The position numbers were made by a program, and so were the translations under genes. 64,000 bases of DNA from Takakia lepidozioides (taxonomy: Eukaryota; Plantae; Bryophyta). Below the pieces are notes generated by a model. The model was not told the DNA's origin, did no database searches, and was given only the letters and a program-made list of their open reading frames with translations. Location of the stretch: NCBI GenBank assembly GCA_030704615.1, contig CM060731.1:16306001-16370000 (forward strand), written 5' to 3'. Positions 50,719 through 63,788 of this stretch are shown here, piece after piece; the first letter of the stretch is position 1; each line of letters starts with the position of its first letter.

Positions 50719-52514
50719 CTTTTCCCCTCCTGGTTCCCTGATCCCCTACAGCACCCTCCCTGTCGTGTCCAGGCCCTGAAGCTCTGGCCTTGCTTTCTCT
50801 CTTCGACTCTAAGGTTTGAAGGCTCCAGCTCTCCCTCATGTTACATACAGCATTCTGACACCTGCAACCGAGCCTCTTCAGGGAACCTCCAAAATAAACA
50901 ATGGCGTATTTTTCTGGTTGCTAAGTAAACATCTGAGACCCCGTGTAGAACGCATCCACTCCCTCACAACGGTGGCAAGCTGGTCCTTCGGCAATTCAAT
51001 CGCCTCATTCGAATTGTCACCGACTCGCATCCTCTCTCCACCTTCAACTCCGCCCAATTGCGCCTTTACAGCTGATGTAGAAGCATGATCCACAAACCCA
51101 GCTCCAGTCGATTCCCCTGTACACATAATCTCACTTGATCGCAACTCAAAAGCAGCCTCCTATGCCCGTTGCATCAGCGTGCACACAACCCTATCACCTT
51201 CCTGTTGCCTTCCATATGCCGTGACAAGAGCTCCGTCAAAGTGCGTCCGCCAGATCTCACAGACAGATCCCTCGAGAACCCAATCCAAGCTTCAATCCCG
51301 CTAACCCAACTCAGATCCGGACCGCACTGCCTGATCTACTGCAGCTTGTGCAGGAATTGACACCTTTCAGTTGATTGGAGAGATGGAGACCAGCGAGAAA
51401 ACGCTGCTACTTACTTGAGCAGGGTGAGAAGGAAACAGCTTGCAAGCAGCCAAAGGCCTCTAATTTCCAGTGCGAGTGCCAAATGGCACCCTCAAAACCG
51501 CTGTACCTACTGCCAATTCGTCCCATTTTATATCACAATTCCTTATATCCGGCCCACACATCCCCCATGTTTGACGTCTCTTACGGATTCATAACAGACA
51601 TTTTCATTAGGGGAACGAGAACCTTCCCACATAACCCACTCGAGTCTTTCCGCTGTGATCGATCCAATATGGGGTGTTTTATACTGGGGCTGGATCTGCC
51701 ATGGGAACTGTGTCAGGGCTCAGGACAAAGAGGCAGGACAATGACATGCTTACAGTTTCATGTGCGAGGTCTGTGATATGCTGCAGTCTGGTTGTGCATG
51801 CCAGAGTCCGATCAGGGCTCTCTGTTCACAGAATTCCAACATTCTCACTTTCCCACTTGAACTCGGTTTGTGGGTTTCTGGCACACATATCAAACAAATG
51901 AGTTCCTTTGGTGGGGAGATTAATGGTGTGAAGCAGCCCATCATTCCCCACCCCAATGATGACCCAGACTTGCTGGTGCCCACCCTTAAGAGGGATTGAT
52001 TGACAAGAGCAGTACCACAGACTCCCTAAGTTCAAGCCCTTGAAATGTACAACAACTTTTGCTATACTAACTTCAATTTCCCTCATACTTTACTTAGTCT
52101 CAAGTTCAGAATGATCCCTTTAGTAACTGAGATCCCTGTCCCCTTTTTGAAAAGCAAAAATTAAAAAAAGAAAAAGGAGATATTCTTTTCCCAACACCAA
52201 GTCTTGCAGACAGCCCCAGCATCCAAGGTACCCATAAATTTTTTTGGATCAAGCAATCAAATGTTTGATTAACTGCAGTAGAAAGGCAAGTTTATAGCAG
52301 ACACTGGATTGAAGGGCTGCCCTGCCAAAGAGCTATTTTCAATGAAAAGGTGACTCTGACAAGTGACCTTTTTTCAATCTTTCTTTTTAAAGGGAAACCT
52401 GGTGACAGCTCAGAATTTTACAAGAGGAGAGGTAAAAATAACCTCCTTTCATTTATGAGTGCAAGAAGCCCAGACCCAAGGGCATGAAACTAAACCAGAC
52501 AATACCACACCCAA

Positions 52515-52580
52515 CCGGAAAGATTTGAACCCAGCGTCACCTGGGTGGCACTTAGTGCACTATTCAATTGAACTACCGAC
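52515..52580 (-). mobile_element. tRNA-derived SINE-like head
   Basis: A-box-like TAGTTCAATTG and B-box GGTTCAAATC at tRNA-like spacing; no intact cloverleaf. Confidence 0.45.
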
Positions 52581-52659
52581 TCCTATGCCCGTACAAGCAA
52601 ACTTTCCGGGGTGTTTCTGTATTTAACCGCTAAAGCGCCGGGTACCGTTTTGGTGGGCC

Positions 52660-53330
52660 ACCCCCAAAACATGAACTAGTGGTGTATCTGGCAATGAAGA
52701 TTCATCCACAGAAATGAACCTTACCAACATTTAGCTACCTACTACATCCACCTACTCACAAAATTTTGGAAGGTTCAGAACACATACCCGATACTGTCTG
52801 CTGTAGACCAAAATAAAACATGGAACAGGTTCATAACTTGTATCCCACTGATCGGTTCACACCACCACGATTTCCATGATGCTTCCATTGATCCGCGTTG
52901 CGTCCTCCTCACCCGCGGTAGTCGGACCGTCTATATTCTGAATTGTTCACTGATACAGGGTCCGCTCGACCGATCCTCCTCACATATTTTTAGTTTCGCC
53001 TTAACGTCTACTGTCATCCAAATTATTACTCCAAAAACACTTCACCACCAGTTCCTCGCTTTGTGGCTTACATTCTGACCTCTTCACTGTGAACTTCTCT
53101 CTTCACGAGAGTGCTCTCTGGACTCCTTCCCTGGCACTTCAAGCATTTCGCTCAGAAGAACCACCTGACCAACACCATCCATCACGCCCACCGCCTCATC
53201 CTGCTTGTGGAAAGCTCTAGAAGTAGAAGGAGGGCCCACCTCCTACTACTTCTATGCTTGGGCTCAGAATTTTGTGTGGCCTAGTCGTAATGAGGGTGGT
53301 CAGACGATGGGGCCCGCCGTCTCATTAATA
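52660..53330 (+). mobile_element. Degraded LINE 3' fragment
   Basis: WCIWQ*R-like motif at ~52680 typical of the L1 ORF2 C-terminus; no intact ORF. Confidence 0.3.
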
Positions 53331-54707
53331 TAGGAGCAAACCAGTGTTGGTATGGTATCTAGGTTTTGCCGGGCATCAACCCGGGTCTCTCCTAACCTAA
53401 CCTACTGTTCCGTAAACATTTGTAGTACCCTACCAAAAGGTTCTCTAGTTCCCCGGCCCCCCAAACCCTACCAAGCGGCGGTTCGGGTTCTCCTTTCCCC
53501 GGCCCCTACCAGAGCTCACATATGTATAGACATTATGGATGCAGGGTTTCATGTGTTTAGGAGCGCCTCTTTATGATCTTCATTTTGCGAGACACTATGG
53601 ATGCAATTCTGATTCAGTGTATAATTGTATGGGGGTTGGTATCCTATGAGATGAGCAAGTTTCCCTTGTGGTTTTCTTGATTATTCAAATGGCCATTTGA
53701 ATAGTTCAGATGGCCATTTCAATATTGAATTTGAATTTGAATACTAGAACCATTTTTATTTTATTTATTTTAATACCATATCCGAGTTCATATTTCTAGG
53801 TTATTGACATTCAGATACCATTGCTCATATCCGGATTGATTTTCTTAACAAACCTCTCTATGCATACCATATTCATACTTGAAAAAAATTAGGGATGCAT
53901 TATTGGAAAACCTACCTGCCTTAAAAAAAATCAGCACTACATACCAGGACCCTTCTGGTATTTCCAATTCAAGATACCAGACCAACACTCTAGCAAACTA
54001 CCTTCATGCGTCCAAGACTTAGAATTTTTCTGGCATATGAAATTTACAATTACCTCCATGCAGGTAGTTTTAGGATTTTCTACATGAAGGTAGTTGCAAA
54101 ACCAAGTTGACACTACCTGCATGAGAATAGCTACATACTACCTCCATGGAGGTAGATGTCAGCGCCTACCACGTGAACCATGTTGAGGGAATGGAACCCA
54201 TAACCTGCATCGCAACATTGCCATCGACCTACCACCAGACCACAACCTACATTGGGCCAGCAAGCTGTAGTTTTTTTAATATACAAGAGAAATGGGGAAT
54301 AGGGATCGTTTTAATGTAGCGGGACCGCTGTCAGGTCCCTGCCCCTCTATTACGACGAGGCCACACAAAATTCTGAGGCCTATGTCAGCCTCTACATGTG
54401 GCCTCACATTTCACCCATTCTAGCGTCCGTACCCTCCCTCCCCATTGGCCGCTCCAATGCTCTCCCTTTTTTCGACCTTCAAGAGCCCCTGCTAGGATTT
54501 GGGACCGTTATTTATCTTATTTATTATTTGGCAGATTATAGCAAAAATCCATGGTGAATTTTGCAACTCAACAGAAAAATTGCTGAGAAAACGCAGTTTG
54601 ACCAAAGGTGATTTGCTAACATCCAAATTCAAAAACCAAGGAGGGTTATAGGTGTCCTCTCCAAATTTGGGGATCAAAATCTGAAAATTTCAAATGGCAC
54701 TTTTGTA

Positions 54708-54800
54708 CTAGGGAGGGGGCACGTGGTGCCGGTAATGGCTCCTACCGGGCTCGCCATAACCGGTAGGAGCAATAACCGGCACCACGTGCCCGCTCCCTAG
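54708..54800. repeat. Inverted repeat with 41-bp stem and 11-nt loop
   Basis: 54708-54748 pairs with 54760-54800 at 38 of 41 positions. Confidence 0.92.
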
Positions 54801-56588
54801 CGGAAAAAGCAGGTTGTGGAGTATTCTCGCCGCTACCTGGCGCATTCTGATTGGGGTTGATACATAATCAGCCATCCCAGTGGCAGTACACCCGGGGTGG
54901 CCGATTCGGCCTGAGAATTAGTCTTAAAAAGCGGCAGAATACTTCACACCTGATTTTTACTTATGTCCAATGATAGGGATATAATGGAAATTCCACCACG
55001 CTAAAAGATAGAAAGCTGCATGGAAGTTGGAGTTTCTTTCAGAACGCAAATTCCCGGGCGGGGGGGGGATCCCCGCTGTAAGCCTTCATGGCCCTGAGTG
55101 GTTATTTTTTTCACTTTTCACCTTCGGTTCCGGTTCCACAATTATTTCAACAAACGGTTCCGGATCCGATTCCGGTTTTTTTTTATTGAGCCGGTTCCTG
55201 TCCAGTTCCGGATCCAACCTTTAAACATGGGGGTGGTTCCGGTTATCGGTTAGTTGCTGATAAAAACCACCGGTTCCAGTTAGGTTCCGGTTCTATTTTT
55301 AAAATATATTTGTTTAATTTAATTAGATTTAAAATATTTTATCAGTCCGGGAGATTAAATAGCTATTGTGTATTCACATATTTGAACTAAAATCCAGCGG
55401 TTTTATTAGTTTACATTAACACAAAAGAAAACAAATAAAGAAAAAAAACAAACAAAAATACTCTAAATAAACTGGTAGAAGAAAATGGGTAATTGGCATC
55501 TTCTAACATTTTGATTAATGAACTTAGCCAGGATATCATGGAGAGATTGAACCCAAGATCTTTATGAGGTTGAAGCATTAAACACAAAATCTCATAGCTT
55601 TCAAGCATTGAACCAGGATGTCATGGAGCTTGAGAACATTAAGAAAGTTTTGCCACGGGCCCACCAGGTCTCGAGGTTATGCCAAGGGCCCACCAAGGGT
55701 TTCAAGAACCGGAACTGGAACCAGTTTTTATCCCAGCCGGTTCTCACACGTGTGAATCCCGGCAGGAACAGCCGGTTCCATTGGTAAATTCCGGTTCAAA
55801 ATACCAGATGCACAAAGGCCTTTCTCCCACGTCTTTCCCCAACCTCTAAGAAGTAAGTAACGAACTAACTATAAGATACCATACCAATCTGGTATCATGT
55901 GGAGAATACTTGGTCATATACCAGACCAGGCTGTTATCAGCTTTTTCATACCAGCCACAACTTCATCATTTACTCTGGTATATATATTATATTGATTTAT
56001 GTGTATATATCTACATACTTGTATTTATGTATATATATATTTTTTAATTTATATTGTATTTGTTTTCACTTGATACTTGCTATGTGATAAACTTGTAATT
56101 CAAGATGGCTTTGGAATGATACCAGAATTGATATCTCGTACCAGTTGGTATTGTGGTCATGATACTCATACTCATACCAGTATCTACAAAAAAATACATC
56201 CATCATTATATAGACCAGACCGGTAAAAATGTTTTGTGATACGTCTAGTACTAGAACCAGTATGGTATGTCCTGAACCTGATACCAGAACAACACTAGTC
56301 TGTACCCCTGTTTATTTTATTTTTTATTTTTTAAAATTAAAAAAAACCTTTGGTACAGTGACTAGTTCTCCATTGCAAGAAAGTACAGATGAATGTCGAA
56401 ATTTTTTTTGAAAATTTCACGATCACATTTTTGGGGGGTTTGGTAGAAGGTGAGCACAAACGCACGATCATGGGGGTTTTATGTTTTTAAACCGCGGTCA
56501 TAGGAGTTATATGTTTTCAAAACGGAATAAAACCCCAACTCTAATGCGAAATAGGCACCCATAATGTGTATCTACAAGACAACCAACA

Positions 56589-56650
56589 TGTAGCCCAGTG
56601 GTAATGGGCACATACCACGTTGGATGTGGTTGTGGGTTGAAACCACGGTC
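56589..56650 (+). mobile_element. tRNA-derived SINE-like head
   Basis: A box TAGCCCAGTGG (56591) and B box GGTTGAAACC (56635); a similar minus-strand pair lies at 54188-54242. Confidence 0.45.
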
Positions 56651-57327
56651 TGGTGTATCATGAAGGTGTCCACCTTTCGGCTAGAAGGCAAGTAGCCCTT
56701 GTGGGGAAGTGACACCATAAGTTACGCTCCCTTCAGGAGGCATCATACTTTACTTTTGTATCTACAAGCTCCAACTTCCACATGTCTAGAGCTTTGGTAT
56801 CCTACAAAAGAATAACACATTAGGGAAAAACAAAGTCACAATAACCAACACCATCCAAAACACACAAATACCAAACAATAGTTGAACAATTTAATATAAT
56901 GAAGCAAACAACGGGGTTTGTTAACGATATAAATCAAGGTATCGGGTTTCGCCAGCGAAATAGTGGATTTCGCCAGCAAAATTTCCAGGTATCGCTGCAT
57001 AGGTCATTATCCTATGGTTTCATGGGCGAAACAAAATGTATTGTGTTTGCTTTTGCATGTAAGAGACGACTTAAGATTGTTTTATTTTGCTAACGAATTA
57101 GGGTGACTAACCCACAAAAATAGGGTAACTAACCCATCTTCATGTGGCTTGTGCTCACCGTGAGCACAAATTTCACATTTTAGTTTCGCCATCGCATTTT
57201 TTCAGAAATACTCTTGGAATTTCCGGTATTTTCTCTTTTGTTCACATGAGCAGGACCCACCCAGTGCTACCAACCTCATTTTTGGATGGCGTTTTTTCTA
57301 AGTTTTGTAGTCATTTCCAAGTGAGGC

Positions 57328-59969
57328 GTTGTGGACAGCTTTCTCTGGCTTCTAGCATTTTCTTCATCTCTAATCCCGCCTCCCCACGCATCCCCTTAAT
57401 GAGCCGCCCTCCGATGGCGGCTCCCCCCCACCACCCCTGGCAAAATGCAAGTTGAACATCTAAAGCTGCCGCTCGCACCTCTGGTAATTGTTGGCTCTTC
57501 ATTCCTCACCTCCCTTCCCTCTCTTTCTCCCCCTCAAGCAAGTGGTCTCACCGACCTTCTTGTCTTTCTTCTCACATTCCCCTCATTTGCTACTCCCTAT
57601 CTAACCCTTATCTCCATTGTGTGGGCCTCTTATGGACTCTCGAGGTGAAAACTCCAAACGCGACAAGCGTGGAGGTGCGTCGCGTTCCAGCAAGGGTAAC
57701 AGCCGAGTATGGACCAGGAAGAACACTCCCGTTAAAAGAAGCCTCGGGTACCTCCATTTTGGGAAAAGGGCCCTCCTCTGCCCTTCCCCCACCATCCCCC
57801 ATCCCTGCAGAATCGGTTTGGGAAGACACAGTAGTGGTTGTTGCGTCAGAACAACCTGTTCTGAAGCTCAACAAAGAAAAACTCAAAGCTCAAGCAGAAA
57901 AACTCACACAAAGGGGGATCTTGCTGTACTTCCCTGGCAAATTGCATCCCAGAGCTTGGGTGAGGAGGTGGGTGTTGGAGCACCTGGGAGCAGCTGGTGG
58001 GCTCTCACAACACTACCTCTCCATGGGCGGAGGCTTCTATGCAATCATTTTTGCTCCTCCATAGATGCGGAGAAAGTGCACTCCGATTCAACACTCAACA
58101 ATCATCCACCAAAGTGTTCATTTTCCAGTGGACTCATGGGGGGGCATAGGCAAGACATACAGTGGAAGCCAAGGGTAATTGCCATCCCATTTCTCCCACC
58201 CACCTACCTCACCTCTCTTCCAGACATAGGAGCAAGCTTCGGCACCTATATTGGGGCTATCACTTTTTATGAGCCTATTCAGGATCAAATCCTTAGTGTG
58301 GATAACGAAGCGATACACTTTGATTACACTAAGACAATGGTATCCCAAAGTTGGCGGTTCTCATGCCTACAAATGCAACAATTGGAGCATCAATCAGACT
58401 GCCAACTGTAGACGACTCCTTCATTGTCGTAGCAATAAAAGAGGTAGTCCTCTCCACCATCTGCTTCGCATGTAATGGGGAAGGACACCTGAAGGCAGAT
58501 TGCCCCAACAACAAGGAGCAGAGGAAGACCCAGGGCATAGCTGGTGACTCCAACTCCTCGCAGCCTGGCAAAAACAATCCCCATGTCATAAATTTGGCGC
58601 CGTTGGGACCACAGCCAATGGAGACCAACAAATTTTGGGAGATGGAAGATTTGCAGGAGGGTCAAACTTCCAAAAAAAGAAAGAGAGAAGTGGAGCCATC
58701 CACTTGGCCATACCCACACTGCCCATGTGGCTTCTTCACTGTTAGAATTATGGAGGCATGGGCCTCCTTCCCTTTTTCGGAGGAAGAACTTCTCCTGCTG
58801 GACAGCTCCAGCCTGGCAGTTTTTATCTTAGAGCTCCACTCTTTCAAGAACAAATCTCGCACGGGCTGGGCCCCTGGCTCAGCATCAAAGAGGGCTTCCT
58901 GTCAGCATGGGTCACGGAGGATCTAGCCAACGAGTATGGCGTGGGTAAGGAAAGAGAACTTACTCTCGCCTTGACCAACAGTATTCTCAAGGATTTCTTC
59001 CCTAACCTCTTGCTGTCGTTGTCGCATATCTAGCACATTGGCATCATGGTTGAAAGTAGCCACTTGCACCCAGATCTGGCAATTATACATGTGTTGCCAG
59101 TCTCTTTGCCAGGGACCTAAACACCACTTGGGCACATAACAAATGGATTTGGGTGCCCAAGTTTTACTTGTCTTGCAGGGTAAGGATCCCAAAGAATGGG
59201 CAAGAGGAAAGATGATGTTTGAAAAAGGTATGGAGCTGGTGGAGGAGCATTACAATCTGATCAAGCAAAATGATGTCCCCCCCACCCAGCAGGAGGCTAA
59301 CAACCACATGGAGCTAGTGCTACATGTGCAACACAATGGAAATCTGTCCTCAAGCGTGGCTCCAGCTCACTCCATCACCTTCCCACTGCCAGAAGAGACA
59401 GTCGAATCTCCGCCAACGCTCTTCCCAGAGTTAATGAGCAACGCGGGAGGAAGCTGCTTCAAAATTTCGATAAGTTTTGGGGGTAAAGGCAATGTGCTCG
59501 GTTCCAGTCTTCCCAACTTGCAATTTCGCTGGCAAGACACCGTCCCCCCTCAATGGGAGGTCCCTTTGTGAGGGAGATGAAGCTGATTTCAACTGGCGCC
59601 ACAAACGAGCTAGAGACACTAAGTTGAACACTCAGCTGAAATTCTGATGTCACCAGCTCCTCTTCTTCCCTAGTCTTTCTTCCCTCCTGCTAATGATCTT
59701 CATTGGTCTTAGACTTGGCAGTACAGAACCCCCTGCTTTCTAGTTAAAGCTGCTTTCTGGAATAGCACACCTTATCCATCAATCCCACTTCTTTGCAGCC
59801 CCATTTCCCTTATCACCTGCTCTCGTCTCCTCTTCCCCCTCTGACTTGATTAGCTAGTTTGCTAGGGTTTTGGGGAAGTTTCCCCTCAGTTAGCCTTCAC
59901 GGACTCTGAATTTATTTAATTTGATTAAAAGGGCCTCTACCCCCTTTCTCTAAAGAAAAATATAAATAA
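57328..59969 (+). mobile_element. ORF1-only LINE-derived element, copy B, degenerate
   Basis: Frameshifted ORF1-like frames 57621-59571 with CFACNGEGHLKADCP; 3' UTR ends in an A-rich tail; AAGTGAGGC on both sides (57319-57327 and 59970-59978). Confidence 0.65.
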
Positions 59970-60407
59970 AAGTGAGGCTAATATGAACATTCCCGACGGC
60001 TCGTCACTAAAACTACATCTGCAAGAACCGGTAACCGCCCTACATTTTTGGGTAACTCTTGGGGGGTCAGAAAAACCCTAGCTTGTTGGGTTTTTAGTAT
60101 TATTTATGGCGCATTAAATTCGCCCATGTGCGGGTGAACTCCGCACTCACTTTTCAATCAGCCCGATTGTTCATCCATGTTCATCTACAGAAGTTTTCTG
60201 TGGATGAAAATTGCATCGACCCAAATTGGGTCGCTTTGGCCTTTAGGGGTTAAGAAACAGAAAATCAATTTTGTTGATTTTGAAGGCCACACATGGGTTT
60301 TTATGTTGAAAACTGCACCTTTGGCTCCCATTTCTCTAGTATATTTCGCTACCCTTTACAGACCCATACGGAAGCAAATTGGTCCCTAGATGCATTGTAA
60401 ATATTAA

Positions 60408-61231
60408 CCCTTAAGTTCCCAAGCCCTTTTTTGACTTTTTACCAATTTTGGGTACCCAGCTGCAGTAAATTGCCCCTAGAAACCTACCAAAAATCATCGG
60501 GAGATTCCAGCCTTATAGCAATGGGCCCAGCTCTTTTATGCATGACATACCCAAAAATGAGCCAAGTCCACCGTGCAAATTGTGAGATTATAGCGTTGGC
60601 CAGGACCTCAAATATCAGGTCCCAAAGAAAAAGTGAGAAAGAAATTGGTTTGACCAAATCATAACCTAGCTTTATCCAATTTTGCTTGCCCCAAGACCCA
60701 CCATTTCCAAATCAATAGTGGAGTGGCTATGACCCCACGAAATTGCAGGTCCAACTGATTTTTTCACCTATGCTTGCTATTCAAGCAATTACATAGGGGT
60801 TGAAATCTCAAAATTGACAAGAGAAAATGTGCCTCCAAATGAAGTACTTTTTTTTCTACAATTTTTTTAAAAGCCAATGGTGGATGTGTGTATGTAATGC
60901 TCACACACCACAAGGTGAAGCGCTTTTTCCAAAATTGCTAATTTTCTGCCAAAAATGGCCTTTGGAGTGCAATCTGTTTTGGGCTTGTTTACCTGCCACA
61001 TCAGCGGTCAACAAGCTCTTTTCAGGCCCCAAAACGTAAATGAGAGATCTAAGATATTTTTTGTATGTCGTAGCTTTTGTTTTTTTTTAATTTTGTTTTT
61101 TTCATCATACTCGAGACAAATCCCTTGTCACTAAAGCTTCAGGAGTGGGCCCCATCAGATTAGATCTGCAAAAATTAGGTCGACCTACAAATTCAAAGTG
61201 ACCCGATTCAGGTCGCTTGGGAACTTAAGGG
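60408..61231. mobile_element. piggyBac-type non-autonomous element (824 bp)
   Basis: TTAA + CCCTTAAGTTCCCAAGC ... GCTTGGGAACTTAAGGG + TTAA: perfect 17-bp TIR, CCC/GGG ends, TTAA TSD. Confidence 0.85.
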
Positions 61232-62853
61232 TTAATATATTATGGACCAAACTCGGTGTGTGTAAAATTTGGCCTTAGGACACTTAGAATGGGTGTATCA
61301 CGGTTCATCACCTTCATCACCTTCATCTCCGACATTTGATAATTGGTATCAAATGGCAATCACGATCATTTAAAAAAATACTTATTTGGTCTGTAGAATC
61401 CATTGAATTCATTGAATACTTATAGAGAATATATTATTGTCCATTGAATACTTATTTGGTCTGTAGACCAGCAATCGTCCCAAATCAACAGCAACTGGAC
61501 ACCATGTCATTTGTAATTTTCTTGGTCTTCGTCATGAAATGTCATTCCTAATTTTCGTGGTCTTGGTCTGTAGTGTAGGGCCAATATGGCCAACAAAATG
61601 CACCGATGGGATCGATGCATTTGGAGTTAGTCTTGGTCCGTAGTCTAAAGTTGGCCCTTAATGAATAATAACATTTTAGATATCTGTTATAGACAGGGAT
61701 TTTGGTGTTTTGAGTTTTCTTGAGACCTGATCTTTGGCCATCCGCATTAGAGGCGGACGAGGTATCAAGTGAAGACGTCGCAAAACCAAGTTAAAGGCAC
61801 ACCTGGATTTTGAGCCTTTGAGGTGCAAGCATTAGCGTCCTAGTCTCTAGCTTAGGAGTGTTCGGTTTTTGGCTTGTCTTTTGTTTGTCTTTCTATATTG
61901 CCCTATGACAACCCCCTCACTCTAAAAGGTTGTTTCTTCCTTGATTTTAATTTGATGATCAGGGTCCACCACTTTTTTTAAGAAAAAATCTATGACAAAG
62001 TTGTTTGTTTACAGCATCTCCCAAAGAGAAACATGGAGGCAAAAGCAAAACGAGACTCGAGTATGCCCTCACTACACTACGGAAGTGTTGATGCTGACCT
62101 AGAGGTTTTAATCAGGACGCGTTGGACCCAACAATTTGACTCACAAAAGAAACTCCCTGCAACTGTGAATTTTGCATGCATGGAATCAACCCCTTCGGCG
62201 TGTAATGCTGCTGCTTACTGGGATGTAACCAAAGTTATAGCTGACATGTACAAAGGAATTGCTCCCATTGAAGTGCAATCCAACAGAGAGCTATGGCTCA
62301 CATGGCTGGCAGTGGGTCATAATCCACATGGATAGGAGCACCATACAAAGAAATGTCTGGAATGACTGTACCACTTAGTTCCACTCTAGAGGGCGTGGTG
62401 GTGCTCTGCACTAGGTGTGGTTTCAAATGGTTAGGAAACCCTTGCAAATAAATCCTGCAAATATGCAAACTATCTCAGTAACACCAAAGCTCCCCCATGA
62501 AATACAAGTCGTCCCTGCTGTTGCCAGCAATGCAGCCCTCAAACAATAATGAAGACTTTCCTAGTACTTGAGACACATTTCAGCAGCACAACCTCAGTTA
62601 TTTGTTGGTGCTGCACACAGCTATCAATTTTTCTTTTACCTTTCAATCAAAAACGACATGGTTTCATTATACATTCATTACATATAAACCCCCTTGGGCA
62701 AGCAATTACTTGCGAAGCATCAGACTTACACTTGGTGCCCTCCTCAGCCAAAGACTTTTCAAAGGCAAAACTAAGAAACTGAGTAACTAGCTTACCAAGC
62801 AAACAAGCTGTTGATACACCTGGGGAGATGCTGTATACAAACAAATCTACTGA

Positions 62854-63788
62854 TTAAGAGGGCGAGGCTACACACTCTGCTGAGCACCCGTGAAAGCAAC
62901 GCATCAAAATGCTAGCATGCTCAAAAGGTGTATGCCATGTGCTAAGGTTGACTTTTTGGAGAAGAGAGGTTTCAAATTGTTCCAGAGTCTTCATAATTTG
63001 CCCAAAGTCAGGGCGTTTCTCCGGGTTTGTGGACCAACACTGCTGCATCAGCCGGCCCAACGGAACTGGACAGTGATCTGGCAGCGATGGTCTTGCTTTC
63101 TGCAGCATCAAAAACCAAGAGAGGAATCACAACCTGCATCTGAAGGAGGGGAGAGAGAGCAGTACAAGGTCACCAATTCATTTTACAACCATCAACGTTC
63201 CCTCGAAATACAAAACTCATTGAATGCAAGATGACGTGGATGACAACCGAGAACTACAAATACGGAGATGGACAAGGGCCATATCTACATCTGATTACAT
63301 CTCAGGACAGGAAACACAAAAGGGTGGCATACCTTATTTACAACAGCAAAGGCAGCCTGCACAGCAGTCATTTCCTCAAAAGGAAGGAGACCGGTGACAA
63401 GTTCCCACAACACAATACCAAAGCTGTACACATCCACCTTCTTGGAATAGTGCTTATGACAGATCATTTCGGGAGCCATCCAACGGTATGTTCCAAGATC
63501 TGCATTTGGAGTGATGCACTCAGACTCCAGGCAACCCACGCCAAAATCTGCCACTTTTACTCTGAGGTCCTGAGTAAGAACCAGGTTCTCTGACTTCAAA
63601 TCCCTGTGAACCACTCCCTGGGAGTGCAGATACCTCATACCTCGAACCACATCAAGTGCCATAGCCACTATTGTCTCAAGTGGGATTGACTGAGGCTTCC
63701 TCTTGTGTAGAAATGCTCTCAGTGAGCCACCTGGCAAATACTCTGTGACGATGCAACACACAGGAGGCTTCCTGCAGGCTGCTACAAA
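62854..63788 (-). CDS. Raf-like (group C, HT1-like) Ser/Thr kinase, last two exons (63333-63788 and 62854-63099); 5' part lies outside the window
   Basis: FVAACRKPPVCCIVTEYLPGGSL, HRDLKSENL, ADFG, GTYRWMAPEM, KVDVYSFGIVLWEL, AAFAVVNK / RP...CWSTNPEKRPDF. Confidence 0.92.

Larger units (their letters stand above)
53540..57140. repeat. Cluster of nested non-autonomous DNA-TE remnants with subterminal motif arrays
   Basis: AT-rich; arrays of CTACCT (53910-54170), CCGGTT/AACCGG (55120-55800) and ATACC/GGTAT (55875-56290); no coding potential. Confidence 0.55.

Noticed and set aside
56589-56660. Functional tRNA gene
   Set aside because: A and B boxes are present but acceptor and anticodon stems do not form
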